Notes under the pieces: generated by a model
What the model was told of the DNA's origin: nothing
Databases searched by the model: none
Seen by the model: the letters and a program-made list of their open reading frames with translations, nothing else
Program-made: the position numbers and the translations under genes
Shown: positions 19,801-30,506 of the stretch, piece by piece
Position numbering within the stretch: the stretch's first letter is position 1
How the letters are laid out: each line of letters opens with the position of its first letter
Sequence record: OQ411014.1
Reading direction: 5' to 3' (one strand)
DNA length: 64,000 nucleotides
From: Escherichia phage EJP2

Positions 19801-22800
19801 ATGAACCTTTGAGTAGTGCTAATGCTGCACGAACGTTTTTCTCATTATTCGTTAATGCACCATCGCTGTTGTATTGTGAGTAGTTGTTATAAAGAACATT
19901 GTTCAATTGTACAGTGCTCTTCTCACGACCAACTGCTACCCATTGAACTTGACCACGTGATTCAGTTTTTTCATATAATGTCCAGACACCATCGGCATCG
20001 GTAATACGAATCAAATCACCAATCTGGTAGTTTTTAGTGTTAGCAATTTGAATGCTTGTTTCTTCGGTATATTCTGATTCTTCATCAAAACCAACACTAT
20101 ACCAATCAGCATAATCCCAGTAGGTTGTCATATCTAATGAAGTACCAAGCTGATCAATATAGTCAGTTTGCTTAATCATAGTATGTTGACCTTCACCACG
20201 ACTCTCTAGAGTGATAGTTACCGCAGTACCAGAAGTACTTGGGCTATTCATCAAGTGAATGTAACCGTTGTCGTCGTAATGCACAAAGTACACACTAGTA
20301 CGGTTTAGTGGTGCTGGTAATGTACCATTAGTATTAACCAGTACTGCGTCATTCTCTACAAATTTGTTTTCATTTGTGGTGATAACCAATTCGTTGTTAT
20401 AAGTTAGTACTTTAAATCCAACTTCGTTCGGGTTCACAGCGTCAGTCTTCTTAAAGAAGATATCATCCATTACTACAGTGTCAGTTGTCATGTTAATATG
20501 CTTGTACACATTGTTTGCTGAATCAACAAACGTCCTACGAGCTTCTATAACGTCCATAAACCATGTTTTGTTTGCACCTAGACCCAAGTCAGTACTTGGA
20601 TAAGATAACTCAACCACGTTGCCGTTTAGGAGGGTTTCTTGAGACTCCAAAGAGTTCCATAGAGAATTCCAAATAGCTGGGTTGAAGTTGTATTCTTCAC
20701 CTTCTTTACAAAGTTGATACTGTTCATGTTTAATAACATCATCATTATTTTCTTTGTAAGAAACAGTCAATATACTCTTATCATCGTTAATGTCGTGCTG
20801 CATATTAGATAGAATAAAAGAATTCTCATCTACTGGGGAGAACCAAGGAACTCCGAGTACTGAAGGATCAGCAATAATGCGAGCAATCTCATTACAAGAT
20901 TTGGTACGATGCTTAACATGTGGAGTATAGATTGTATCTTTAACCCAGAAGTAATACATTGGCACATAAGTGTTAGTACTAGCATCATATTCAACAAAAT
21001 AAGAATAGTTTTCAGTAACTGCTGTACCGGATGGTAGGTAAGTGGTCTGGCCTTTATTTTGTTTTTGTTGTTCAGTGCAATACTGATCCCAGTTATATGG
21101 TTCTACTGGCGATTTAACCCATTCGTACACATCAATACTACCATGTGGAAGGATTTTACCCCAATTATAACGCTTATATTCTAGAGTCTTATTTACATCG
21201 ACGTTCCCATTAGCATCAAGGATTGGACGAGTATAATCCATGAAGAATGCAGAAGAAGTATCCCACCAAACTTCACCAACTTTATCAGAACCCCAAGCTA
21301 GTAATGTTTCACCATCACTATTGTAGGTTGCTGGGTCACGAGTAGAGGTATATGAAACGTTTGACATTGCCACACCAGGGATAATACCATTGATTGGGTC
21401 ATATGTGTTAATATACATCTCAACAACGTTAGTCATGGAGTTGTAGGTACTTGGGCGGTCGAACAACGAACTGTTAGGTGCTAAGTACTCATATTTTTTC
21501 TGAACGTATGCATCTTTCGCTGCTTTAGTACTGAAACGTGGAACGTATTTGTACATTACAGGTTCTGCACCACTGAAATCAAAATCTACAGTACTGTCGA
21601 ATGCAACAACTATAGTATTTGCAGTAACACCATAGAATTGTGTTTCTTCACGTAGGAAATCAGGCATATAACCGGACTCATCAACGAAGAAGTAAGTATC
21701 ACCATTACTTAGTGTAGATGAAGAACTTAATTCTAGTGTTACTTTCTGTGCTGCGTATTGGTCATCAGTAATAATTGGAGTAATTTTCTTCAAAGTGATA
21801 TTGGTTTTAACAATATCATAGATATTCCAGTTATCATTAGAATCCTGAAGAACCCATACAGACGATGGTAGTGTATTGTAATCGGAAGTATACTTAGAAC
21901 GGTCTTCATAAGCAGTTTGTAGGTCTAGAGTAGTGAATGACACTTCATCTAGAGTTACAGGGCCGATATTTGGCAACTGAATGTTGTCAGATGCACCTTT
22001 ACGCATTGGGAAAGAGAACAAACCATGTGGACGAGTAATCCAACGTGGGTCTACACCTGTTTTACCAAAATAAACGATGTTATTTGCAGTACTGTCCACA
22101 GTTGCATTCTGGTCGAATGTAACCAATTGTGGTTGTTGAGCAAATTCGTTGTTAATTAGTTGGAACTGTAGGTTCTTTTTGCCATATACGTTGCCATATT
22201 CACCGATTTTGAAAGCCCACTCTTGTAGTGCTTTGTAACCTTCGGTATTATAGGTTTTTGATACACGTAGAACACGTTCGAGTACTTGATTAGTACCTTT
22301 GTCACGGATGAAGCCTTTATAGAAATCAACGCGGGCTGGTTCTGATGTGATCATTTCGTTTAAGTAACTTCTGGACTGGTATCCAATTAAATGATTCGCT
22401 AGGGAACGCAATTGAACATCAGATACTGGATTTTCAGTGTCATAATAGTGTCTAAAGTCATCTACTAGTTTTTCAAAGTCAGGTAGTGTGCCAGTTTCGA
22501 GGATAATAAAGCCAGGTGCTTCCAAACGACCATTCCATGAGCCAGTTACATAACCGTACATACGAATCAATTCTTGAATTGAACCATAAGTTGGAATATA
22601 GATGTTATCACCAAAAATAGTTTTATCATCAAACACGATAGCATGTTCATAAGCGATTAAGCTCAAACGAATAAGAGCAATACGCTTGTTGTATTCTTCT
22701 AAACTACGAACAGTGATGATGTTACCGATACGTGCAGTTTCAATTTCATACGGACGAATACCTGTATTATTATCATCTAGTAGAGTCCATAGACCACCAC

Positions 22801-25800
22801 TATATTGTGCAACTGATTCAACAGAACCAAAAGACGCACCGAATTTAACACTTTTAGTACTTGGAGAACAAGAAATATATTCACCACGAGCTAGAGCAGT
22901 CTGACTCCAGTTCAAATAATCCTTCGCAATTTGATTCCAGTTTAGAGTGTTGCCGTTCTCGTCAGTTTCTTCGAAAATAAACCCAACACGTTCCAAATAT
23001 TCACCATAAGCACACAAGAAAGTGTAAACTTCTTGGAAAGAATTCAGTACTGTACCGTATTCAATACTTTGAACTTTATCAGTGTACTCATTGTAATGAA
23101 CTACTGTACGATTACCTTCACGAATAGTAACACGCTTACCATTACGGTTAGGAGTTAAGTATTTGAAGGATGCACCAACTAGATCATAACCAGTAATCTG
23201 ATATCCAGTGCCGTTCCATGTGATATCAACAGCACTCATTGATTCTTCACGGATGGAAGAGCTACGAACTAGACCGATATGTTGGTTTTCTTGAGAAATT
23301 AGACCGAATGTATCAGAATAAAAACTCAATTGGTCTTCTTTACTGAATCCACCAAGTTTATGACCCACATTAATATGTGAACTACGTAAAACGTCACCGT
23401 ACTTAGTAGTAATATCCATTTGTTTGTACTGTAGGTGATCAGTTATGAACATTTGGTATCCTAGGATACGGCTATTGTTCTCATTGTTCACTAGTGTAGT
23501 ACTGTTTAGGTTCAAACGTTGGTTGGTTTCACCAAATAGGAACTGTTCTTTACCACGATAAACTGTTTTAAGAGTACTACCACGAGTATCATAGAAATAG
23601 TTTGCAAACTGTGCTGGTTTAGCACGATATAGTAGTAGAGCTTCATCATATGGGAACATTGCAGTGTTGCGGTAAGTGAATTCAATATCACCCATGTCAC
23701 CATAAGACCACGGTTCTGCACGATGATCAAGGGAACCAGCCACTAAACCTAGAACTTCTGGAGCAATCAGTTCAAATGTGCGAATTTCTTCACCATCTGC
23801 TGTGAAATTACCAGTACCTTTAATAACGAATGGCTGTTTACCAAAACGTTTGTATTTTGCATAAGTTCCTTTGTTCTTACCATATAGAATTGTACCAGTA
23901 CTAGCGTCACCTTTAATACTACCAACATCCCATAGACCACTTGGTACTAATTGGTTGTTTTCATCAATAACTTCAGCTTCATACACGTATACAACTTCAG
24001 TTGGGTCTTCACCAATACGAATTTTGGTTGGTTCATATTCTTGGTTCCACCAAGATGGGCGTTGAGCAAAACCTAACATTTCCCACGGGTGGGTTGCTGG
24101 GCGATATGTACCGAACATGTCACTATAAATTGCTCTCCATGAGCCACGTGCTGGAATATCGGTAACAACGCCATCAACAACATAAGTTGTTCCTTTGTAG
24201 TTCCAAGTTAACCAGTTATTTGCATCATAATCATGTGTACTGTTATCAATACCGTTAGTTGCGATGAAGTTAGTGTAACCACGTAGTAGAAGTGTTTGCT
24301 TCTCGTCACGAGTATAGTCAGTTTCAGTAAAATAAGGAGTCGGGAATAGATCACTCTGAACAAGTTCAGGTACATAATCAATATCTTTGAAATCATTATC
24401 AATACTGTTGAAAATACGGTTTTCTAGTTCGTAAATCACATCATCCATACGACCTACACCATTCAGTACTTTATACGCCTTGGTAATTGTACCAGTATGG
24501 CTTACGTTATAACAACCTAGGTCACGACCAGCATACATATAAGTCGCTTTCTGTGGAGCGTACGCTTTTAGAATACCAATAAACTGTGGAGTCGGTGGAA
24601 TGAAGGCACGAATGTTAGAACTGGAACTACCCATCGCATCAATGAAGAATGGGAAAGTATTATTCTTACCAACGTTAATATTATTAAGAATTGCGTCAAC
24701 AATATTAGATGCACTGTTGGAAGTGAATGCAGATGGATCTTCATTGTACATATTAACCATTTGAGTATTGAATTTGTTCATGAAACGGAAGTATTCAGAT
24801 TGCATAAATTCAATTGCAGCAAATAGGTCAATATTTTCATTCGCTGTGTTAATCATTAGTGGAAGCATAGATGCTTCGTTCTGGATAATCTTAGTACCGA
24901 CAGAGTTATCAACTAGACCTTTAGCAAGACGTTCTTCGTAGTCGTTAAAATCATTTACTGTACCAGTAGTGATGTTACGTTGAATAATTTCTTGGAAATG
25001 TGGTGTATATAGACTTTGATCAATATAAGTGATAAAATCATTATACGGGTTGTTCTGTAGGTTGATTGGAATTTCATAAGAACCCAAGTTAGTATCTGGT
25101 GTTTGTACAGGACTGTAAGTTCTGATTTCAACAATGCTATCATCGGTTAGTTTGATAGAACTATCTAGAGTTATAGATTCAACAAGACCATTTTTATCCA
25201 ATTTAGTACTGAACTTTGTGGTTTCTTCTGTACCAACACGCACATAAAGTACATCTGTGCTTGATGATAGGTTGACACGTTGAGCTAGTTCAAATGTGTG
25301 GTTAAAAAGTTCAGATGGAACGTAGTCATTACCAGCTTCACGATGCCAGTCCATAAAAGTACTGTTATCTGCTTTGTAATATTTGAATGTTGCATCAATA
25401 TCCATTACATAAGCGTACATATTTTCAATTGGATTTTGGAAATTATTCATCTCTTGTACAGTACTGAATACATTGTACATAGAGGTTTTGGTCATAGCAG
25501 GAACTTGACGAACATACTGTTTGGTAAATTCATCGCTACGATCCCAGTCTGATTTTAGATTTACTGAACCGTCAGAACCAATTACGTTATAGTAATACAA
25601 ACCAGAAATTTCAGTAGTTGCTCCAACTTTATCATAATCATAACGAGTACTCTGAATGAAGTTCTCGAAAACATAATAGTTGTAAGAGTTCAATTCAACG
25701 TTAGTGTTATAGATTTTATTGTAGTTGTAGTCAAAGTTAACTTTAAGGCCAAATAGTGGGGAACCTTTAAAAGAACTACTTGGGTAAATTTGAGGATCGT

Positions 25801-26887
25801 TTAGTTTAGTCCCGTTGCGATCATACAATTGGAACAATGGGGTACTGTTAATACCTGATTTAACTTGTGTACGAATCCATGCTGAACCATTCCAGTACAT
25901 AGAAGTGTTTTCATAAACTTGACCAGATTTAATTAGAACAACGTCACCACGCAAAGGTTCACCCGTTGGGCGTAGCTCAGATTCTTCATCTTCATCAAGA
26001 GCAAGACCATATACACGAGTGCCAGCTTCGGTTTGTTTAATGTAAACTTTATAGATTCTGTTATTTTCACCGCTGTTACCGATACTAGTGAATAGAATAC
26101 GGTCACCAGCTTTAAGAATAAAACCATCAACACGAATTTCATCAGAAACTGATTTCTGTACAATATCTTCTGGTTTGATGGAGTCTGATAGGTACGTGAC
26201 TACACCACGGAAAGTAGTTCCGTAATTCATTAGTTCGATGTTTTTGTTATATTCAATGATTGGTGCTTGAGCATGAGTGAAGCGTTCATCTTGAGTCATG
26301 TCATCAGTTAGTACTGTGCCGTCTGGTAATTCTTGACCTACAGTAAACCAATAGTTTTGTAGTGACCATGTGTTACCGTTATCAGCACCACGTTCCATAA
26401 CGATATAATCCGGTGCAATACCAAATTCGTTATTATTGTCCCAAACATAAGAACTGTAGTTCATCATTTTATTTGGGTTGATTGGTGGAGTCCATGAATA
26501 AAACTTACCATCAAATAGGCGTGACTGGTTATCAGTTAAGGAACCATAATGGGACATATATCCTACTAGGTCTTCATAGAACTGCATAGAGCGAACGCTT
26601 GTGTCGGTATTACGAGACACATAAACTGGTGATAGTTGGTAGTCTTGGCGTTGTTGAGAACTTTCTTTGATGAAAATCTTTCCAGCCGCTGACGGAGTAC
26701 CACGGTCACCTATATACCCGTCAACAATTTCTTGTTCGGCAGGGTTGAACCATTGCTGGATTACATCATCACAAAAAGTTTGGATCTGTTCTAGACCTTG
26801 CATCCACTCAGGCAATCTTTTAATGAATAGCTTTTTTTGTACAGCATCTGCCGCTAGGGTTGGCTGGAACTTAAATTCATTCGACAT
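16874..26887 (-). CDS. Giant virion structural protein (~3337 aa), probable baseplate or tail-fibre component
   Basis: Uninterrupted ~10-kb ORF. Track start is 26908; the third ATG (MSNEF) at 26887 has a GGAGAAT RBS and an exact late motif at 26923-26930. Lies next to the gp6-like gene. Confidence 0.7.
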   Translation of the reverse strand: MSNEFKFQPTLAADAVQKKLFIKRLPEWMQGLEQIQTFCDDVIQQWFNPAEQEIVDGYIGDRGTPSAAGKIFIKESSQQRQDYQLSPVYVSRNTDTSVRSMQFYEDLVGYMSHYGSLTDNQSRLFDGKFYSWTPPINPNKMMNYSSYVWDNNNEFGIAPDYIVMERGADNGNTWSLQNYWFTVGQELPDGTVLTDDMTQDERFTHAQAPIIEYNKNIELMNYGTTFRGVVTYLSDSIKPEDIVQKSVSDEIRVDGFILKAGDRILFTSIGNSGENNRIYKVYIKQTEAGTRVYGLALDEDEESELRPTGEPLRGDVVLIKSGQVYENTSMYWNGSAWIRTQVKSGINSTPLFQLYDRNGTKLNDPQIYPSSSFKGSPLFGLKVNFDYNYNKIYNTNVELNSYNYYVFENFIQSTRYDYDKVGATTEISGLYYYNVIGSDGSVNLKSDWDRSDEFTKQYVRQVPAMTKTSMYNVFSTVQEMNNFQNPIENMYAYVMDIDATFKYYKADNSTFMDWHREAGNDYVPSELFNHTFELAQRVNLSSSTDVLYVRVGTEETTKFSTKLDKNGLVESITLDSSIKLTDDSIVEIRTYSPVQTPDTNLGSYEIPINLQNNPYNDFITYIDQSLYTPHFQEIIQRNITTGTVNDFNDYEERLAKGLVDNSVGTKIIQNEASMLPLMINTANENIDLFAAIEFMQSEYFRFMNKFNTQMVNMYNEDPSAFTSNSASNIVDAILNNINVGKNNTFPFFIDAMGSSSSNIRAFIPPTPQFIGILKAYAPQKATYMYAGRDLGCYNVSHTGTITKAYKVLNGVGRMDDVIYELENRIFNSIDNDFKDIDYVPELVQSDLFPTPYFTETDYTRDEKQTLLLRGYTNFIATNGIDNSTHDYDANNWLTWNYKGTTYVVDGVVTDIPARGSWRAIYSDMFGTYRPATHPWEMLGFAQRPSWWNQEYEPTKIRIGEDPTEVVYVYEAEVIDENNQLVPSGLWDVGSIKGDASTGTILYGKNKGTYAKYKRFGKQPFVIKGTGNFTADGEEIRTFELIAPEVLGLVAGSLDHRAEPWSYGDMGDIEFTYRNTAMFPYDEALLLYRAKPAQFANYFYDTRGSTLKTVYRGKEQFLFGETNQRLNLNSTTLVNNENNSRILGYQMFITDHLQYKQMDITTKYGDVLRSSHINVGHKLGGFSKEDQLSFYSDTFGLISQENQHIGLVRSSSIREESMSAVDITWNGTGYQITGYDLVGASFKYLTPNRNGKRVTIREGNRTVVHYNEYTDKVQSIEYGTVLNSFQEVYTFLCAYGEYLERVGFIFEETDENGNTLNWNQIAKDYLNWSQTALARGEYISCSPSTKSVKFGASFGSVESVAQYSGGLWTLLDDNNTGIRPYEIETARIGNIITVRSLEEYNKRIALIRLSLIAYEHAIVFDDKTIFGDNIYIPTYGSIQELIRMYGYVTGSWNGRLEAPGFIILETGTLPDFEKLVDDFRHYYDTENPVSDVQLRSLANHLIGYQSRSYLNEMITSEPARVDFYKGFIRDKGTNQVLERVLRVSKTYNTEGYKALQEWAFKIGEYGNVYGKKNLQFQLINNEFAQQPQLVTFDQNATVDSTANNIVYFGKTGVDPRWITRPHGLFSFPMRKGASDNIQLPNIGPVTLDEVSFTTLDLQTAYEDRSKYTSDYNTLPSSVWVLQDSNDNWNIYDIVKTNITLKKITPIITDDQYAAQKVTLELSSSSTLSNGDTYFFVDESGYMPDFLREETQFYGVTANTIVVAFDSTVDFDFSGAEPVMYKYVPRFSTKAAKDAYVQKKYEYLAPNSSLFDRPSTYNSMTNVVEMYINTYDPINGIIPGVAMSNVSYTSTRDPATYNSDGETLLAWGSDKVGEVWWDTSSAFFMDYTRPILDANGNVDVNKTLEYKRYNWGKILPHGSIDVYEWVKSPVEPYNWDQYCTEQQKQNKGQTTYLPSGTAVTENYSYFVEYDASTNTYVPMYYFWVKDTIYTPHVKHRTKSCNEIARIIADPSVLGVPWFSPVDENSFILSNMQHDINDDKSILTVSYKENNDDVIKHEQYQLCKEGEEYNFNPAIWNSLWNSLESQETLLNGNVVELSYPSTDLGLGANKTWFMDVIEARRTFVDSANNVYKHINMTTDTVVMDDIFFKKTDAVNPNEVGFKVLTYNNELVITTNENKFVENDAVLVNTNGTLPAPLNRTSVYFVHYDDNGYIHLMNSPSTSGTAVTITLESRGEGQHTMIKQTDYIDQLGTSLDMTTYWDYADWYSVGFDEESEYTEETSIQIANTKNYQIGDLIRITDADGVWTLYEKTESRGQVQWVAVGREKSTVQLNNVLYNNYSQYNSDGALTNNEKNVRAALALLKGSFNSVQSTVVFDMVKYVHTEQKVVDWVFKTSYIYIIGLDQSLQQRSTTDGNLINEIVQYFEEVKPYRTKIRSQIEQKTSDEDEINGLLNDLDPNGYIYVDGAWVKTQKDIWDYEYAQFNDVSQKWEIVGSLPNNFVLPNRRFQEIDVILDFDNFQCKPSSDMADITTLENVNKKYQSNTGDFLVKGSHYMLQRYAYTFPEINNAELETLIMNGITQYYPNMNISSGLKYGLDQMYATLINDVEASDEFTATLNRVIAEAEEKSESVSEVRNYVQYNTLSNRLKLTTSKSDETIGSEVGCPFKGLVLSDNPSTRLPFGFSASNGENYGYISYSKPMYDLIYDQVKEANPGFSHIEILEYMEYEYGLYTWKYVIPETDDNPESNRFYTDAVHVLSALRGTYNPDETDPYSAAEKVLENLDVDAYAVVLMPRKYVFLMSETTPGKDYSIPSNVGIEEYMEEVYITDGDMVRLSQPSLDDVPEDDKNPLYSDFLQIMSGLNKEVFFDDKNAFDNLALESQTKTIINSVVGVANSTNDPVFVDISELNPSKRDMAQLRFTVDGYGFDTSVQTQLRDQGNFNIEGYIVQNPYNRSEALVSIPRYDVALEYMNRSILEKNEIQYSYRIKNVTSVSGVVELDGDNDFVVGETVAVFVPDNSDYAVAINDGSWKTVLSVATIKDANRPKLFKVTSVSGNTVTIGGLTFTSTYNSTDESLYNQNKPTSINIVRVTSFNDPEFSAGGITRYTNNRSYRVDALDYDVFYDTSLIGGNYEPELTTNDYDVWYSTNETQTLEDGTVVDNGYYLPVYGKGVLSELVRTKMTDALEISVFEYDVAEINPTANNGSWIYSKPLVDGVYINTNSTVTVVYKSMFDSFTHVSQPKMASTMTYENGIATMPGVVPDDIILSNAEQMLVRKNNFVVRAYNGTVQNYYEKDVTYTSTGLNLGNTNEIAVYGDGYEPIPLSTYSDSLDIAPVILIGLIK

Positions 26888-26922
26888 TTTATTCTCCATA
26901 AAATTCATTTCTTCATTTGTTT

Positions 26923-26930
26923 TATTTATA
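26923..26930 (-). promoter_or_regulatory. T4-type late promoter motif TATAAATA on minus strand (3337-aa gene)
   Basis: Plus-strand TATTTATA, ~36 bp upstream of start 26887. Confidence 0.5.
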
Positions 26931-26938
26931 AAAGAAAT

Positions 26939-26960
26939 AAAGGCGACCGAAGTCGCCTTT
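26939..26960 (-). terminator. Hairpin with UUCG tetraloop after the gp6-like gene
   Basis: GGCGAC-CGAA-GTCGCC with T-rich tract on the minus strand. Confidence 0.55.
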
Positions 26961-26964
26961 AATG

Positions 26965-29900
26965 TTAGTTACCAATATTAATGTTACTCTTAGCCAAAGA
27001 ACTGACTATCTGAACGTTATCTACCGTTGCAGTACTGATAAACAACTGGTCAGGTCTACAAGGTATTTCAAACAATTCACCGAACTTACTATTGGGGTCT
27101 TGTGGAACGATCACAACTGCTGCCACATCAGTAGCCATACTTACTTGAATGTAAGTACTCAATTCTGTGAAGTAGAATGTCTCACCAAAGTCCCAGTTCT
27201 GAACATCGAAGTAATTACGAGTCAACTCGACAACTTTCTGACGAATTTCATCATTACTCAATGTGGTAGTAGGTAGTTTAACGATTTTTAAATCTGCACG
27301 ATAATCTTCATCTGCACTTGCACCAAATAGTTTTAAGAACTCAGCACTATGCCAAATGGAACTATCACTAATTACCATTTTACCCTCAACTTCAGTAAAC
27401 ATGTCTTGTAATTCAACTGATGTTGGTGGTTTAGGGAATTCACCAACTGCACCATTCTTAATCCAGATATTAACTGAATCATAATAGTTAGTAGTTAGAA
27501 CATACATATCAATTAAGTTTGTACGGCTTGGGTCGATACGGTTATCATCTGGAGCATAATGTTTCCATTGGAAATTTATACCGGTACGTGCACCAGTCCT
27601 GACAGTGTATTCATTACTCACATCAACATAACCATAATAAGACAATTTTAGCTTCTCGTCTTTATCATCTTGACCTTCATTCTGTGTTGCACGATAGAAT
27701 GCGAGTTCAGGACTGATAGTACTAGTGTCAGTTGGTAGCATCAGGTTGGAAATGAAATTATCAAGACGTTCGTTGTTGTTACCAACTGTTTGTTGAATGA
27801 AATGATATTCACCATCGTACTGATATGCAATCAAATACCCTGAACCATGATTATACAAATCACTAAAAGAATTGCTTCTTATTTGAACATTTCGCAAGAA
27901 CTCTTTTCTACGATACGCATTCACTTCTGCGTTTGCTTGTGCAGTGGTGTAAGTCCATGATGTATCAAGAATAGTATATGAATCATCATCTTCCAACATA
28001 TCAATAGTAAAATCATCGTTCTCATGGAATATCAACACACCACCATATTTTTGAAGGTCAGTACCGGACAATGTTGGAACTAAGCTACTGTACAAATCTG
28101 GTTCAAGAGGAATACCGTTGCTATCAGTGTTTTTACTAGTTATGATAACACGAGAACCATCAAGATATCCATTCTCTTGTTGAATAGTATCGTAGATTTG
28201 GAAATCAATATTCTGACTGTAACCCAAGTTACTTGTGTAAGATGCGTTATTGTTTAGGATTGCAATCTTGTCAGACTGAACAGTACCAGTACTGATATCA
28301 CTAATCTTCTTGGATGAAACAAAGTAGAATTTAACTTTAGAACCACCAACAAAAATGTACTCAACACCATTACTAACAAATTCCCATGATTCCGCAGTGT
28401 ATTGAACGTTCACTAGAATTGGATATGTAATACCATTATATAGAATTGTTGAACCACTGTATGTTCCTTCAATTGGAATCCATGTATGGGATGATGTGTC
28501 ATAGATGATAACGAAATCAGTCTTCTTATCAATGGCTGCTGCAATTTGTTGAACTTCAGAAGTATTGAACTTAACACGATATGGTTCAATATAAGAATCA
28601 ATAGTCATTGCTGCATCTACTGGTGTAGACAATACATAATAACCATCATCCAGTACTGATACGATAGAAGTCCAAACGGAGTTACCAGTAGTACCTTCCA
28701 TCTTAATCAACGTACCAACTTCATAGGTTTCAATCGGTACACCACTCTGTAGGAATTGACCATAAGTATTGTTCGTATAAGATGAGTTGTGCTCTGGAGT
28801 CCATATTTGGTTAAACGTAACAACGATTGTGTTGCTGTCCCATTGTTGATAATATTGAATAACAGAGTTCTCCCCAAGCAATGGTTGAATATTATCTATC
28901 ACAATACTTTCATTGCTTTTTGGTGATGGTAGAAGAAGAGTGTTACTCTTATTCACGTTCTCTTTATACATTGCACCATCATCACTAAACACATCAGTGT
29001 TTTGATATTTCCCAGTAGGGTCATTGATATCAATGAATCTGGACATACCGCTATAGATACGGTTTAGTGCTTTTCCTTTAATTACTGCGTTACCTAGCAT
29101 TAGTGGTGCGATATTATAATCTTCACCAGTAACGAAACGGTCTTGGGTGTAATACATTTGTGGAGCACGGTCTTTAATCTGTTCGATGGTTTCAGCACTC
29201 TGTGCTAGTCTGGATTCACGTTGTAGTGTGAATTTGACATCCAATGAACTATTTTCATAATCAGTTTGTGACTTAGTACGGTAAACATACTTAACACTTT
29301 TATTCTGAATTGAACTGGTCTTGATAGTGTATGATTTACCATTACTAACACGATACCATACACGGTATGTACCACGAGGAACAGTACCTGAACGTGCATC
29401 TGGATACTTAATTGTGATTTGGTCACGGTCACGAGTAGTTACAGAATAAATTGTTTTCTTTTGACGATCAACTGAGTTATATGCAATACTTTCCATTGAT
29501 GGAACTTGTGTCCATTTGGTTCTTACTATACCATCTTCGTTGATTTCTTGAACCCATACATCAGTTTGGTTTATATTGTCAACGTTCACATCCTGTAAAC
29601 GGTTTTCAATTCGAGTATCATACTGATAATCACTATAAGACAATGAACCTTGTTTAAAGTAAACAAAGAAGCCTGTATCTGGTGAACTAAAACCATTACC
29701 ATCATTTGAATAGATAATGTACTTCTGGTCTTGTGGTTCTGGCATACGTTCAGAAACACCAACAGTACTGATATCTGGGTTAACAACTTCGAACGTTACT
29801 GTTTCGCCGTTGATGTTTGCACTAAATGGCATATTAGGAGCACTCATAGGTAGAGTGTTCATGCGATACAATTGAGTGTTAATACCATTAATCATAATCT

Positions 29901-30426
29901 TCTTAACTGGATTACCAAATTGGTTAGTACTGATGAATGAACTATTCATAACTAGAATAAAGTTCTCGTACCAGTTAGGATCTGCTGGGTCATTCCATTG
30001 AATCGTACGGCCTTTAAGAGATTGGTTGTAGCTGTTTAGTACGTCTTGGTTTGTTTTAATTTCAGTAATTTTGGCTACTGCACGACCTGGATAAGCACGC
30101 TTAGGTGAATACGAAATCATCTTAGCAAGTTTCAGTACTGAAGCTCTGCGTTCTGCGGTATCTAGGAAGTTTTCACGAGTGTTCATGTCCATACGGAATG
30201 CCAAGTTCTGCCCTAGCATACTAATGGTGTCGAGAATGAAGATGAATTCGTCGTTTTCAATCCAGTCGTTGAACTGATCTGGATAAGTGATTCGTAGATA
30301 CTCTACCATACTTTCACGAATCGTATCAAAGTCAAAAGCGGTAAGGTTGATCTTATAAAAACTCTCATACACCTGCTTCCAGTCCTCGGCAGTGTATAAG
30401 TTGGACTGTCTTTTTTGTTGTGCCAT
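26965..30426 (-). CDS. 6: Baseplate wedge protein, gp6-like (~1153 aa)
   Basis: N-terminal region INLTAFDFDTIRESMVEYLRITYPDQF resembles the T4 gp6 N-terminus (..DYDFEGSRLNVLCDLLAYNTLYIQQF); sits directly after the gp25-like gene as in T4-like baseplate clusters. Start moved to MAQQKRQ (AAGGA RBS). Confidence 0.55.
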   Translation of the reverse strand: MAQQKRQSNLYTAEDWKQVYESFYKINLTAFDFDTIRESMVEYLRITYPDQFNDWIENDEFIFILDTISMLGQNLAFRMDMNTRENFLDTAERRASVLKLAKMISYSPKRAYPGRAVAKITEIKTNQDVLNSYNQSLKGRTIQWNDPADPNWYENFILVMNSSFISTNQFGNPVKKIMINGINTQLYRMNTLPMSAPNMPFSANINGETVTFEVVNPDISTVGVSERMPEPQDQKYIIYSNDGNGFSSPDTGFFVYFKQGSLSYSDYQYDTRIENRLQDVNVDNINQTDVWVQEINEDGIVRTKWTQVPSMESIAYNSVDRQKKTIYSVTTRDRDQITIKYPDARSGTVPRGTYRVWYRVSNGKSYTIKTSSIQNKSVKYVYRTKSQTDYENSSLDVKFTLQRESRLAQSAETIEQIKDRAPQMYYTQDRFVTGEDYNIAPLMLGNAVIKGKALNRIYSGMSRFIDINDPTGKYQNTDVFSDDGAMYKENVNKSNTLLLPSPKSNESIVIDNIQPLLGENSVIQYYQQWDSNTIVVTFNQIWTPEHNSSYTNNTYGQFLQSGVPIETYEVGTLIKMEGTTGNSVWTSIVSVLDDGYYVLSTPVDAAMTIDSYIEPYRVKFNTSEVQQIAAAIDKKTDFVIIYDTSSHTWIPIEGTYSGSTILYNGITYPILVNVQYTAESWEFVSNGVEYIFVGGSKVKFYFVSSKKISDISTGTVQSDKIAILNNNASYTSNLGYSQNIDFQIYDTIQQENGYLDGSRVIITSKNTDSNGIPLEPDLYSSLVPTLSGTDLQKYGGVLIFHENDDFTIDMLEDDDSYTILDTSWTYTTAQANAEVNAYRRKEFLRNVQIRSNSFSDLYNHGSGYLIAYQYDGEYHFIQQTVGNNNERLDNFISNLMLPTDTSTISPELAFYRATQNEGQDDKDEKLKLSYYGYVDVSNEYTVRTGARTGINFQWKHYAPDDNRIDPSRTNLIDMYVLTTNYYDSVNIWIKNGAVGEFPKPPTSVELQDMFTEVEGKMVISDSSIWHSAEFLKLFGASADEDYRADLKIVKLPTTTLSNDEIRQKVVELTRNYFDVQNWDFGETFYFTELSTYIQVSMATDVAAVVIVPQDPNSKFGELFEIPCRPDQLFISTATVDNVQIVSSLAKSNINIGN

Positions 30427-30492
30427 AATTAATCCTTGCGTTCTAATATGAGTTATATATCTTACGTTTTCTATGCACACGTATTATGAATT

Positions 30493-30500
30493 TATTTATC
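30493..30500 (-). promoter_or_regulatory. Late-promoter-like motif GATAAATA on minus strand (gp6-like gene)
   Basis: Plus-strand TATTTATC, ~67 bp upstream of start 30426. Confidence 0.35.
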
Positions 30501-30506
30501 CAAAAA

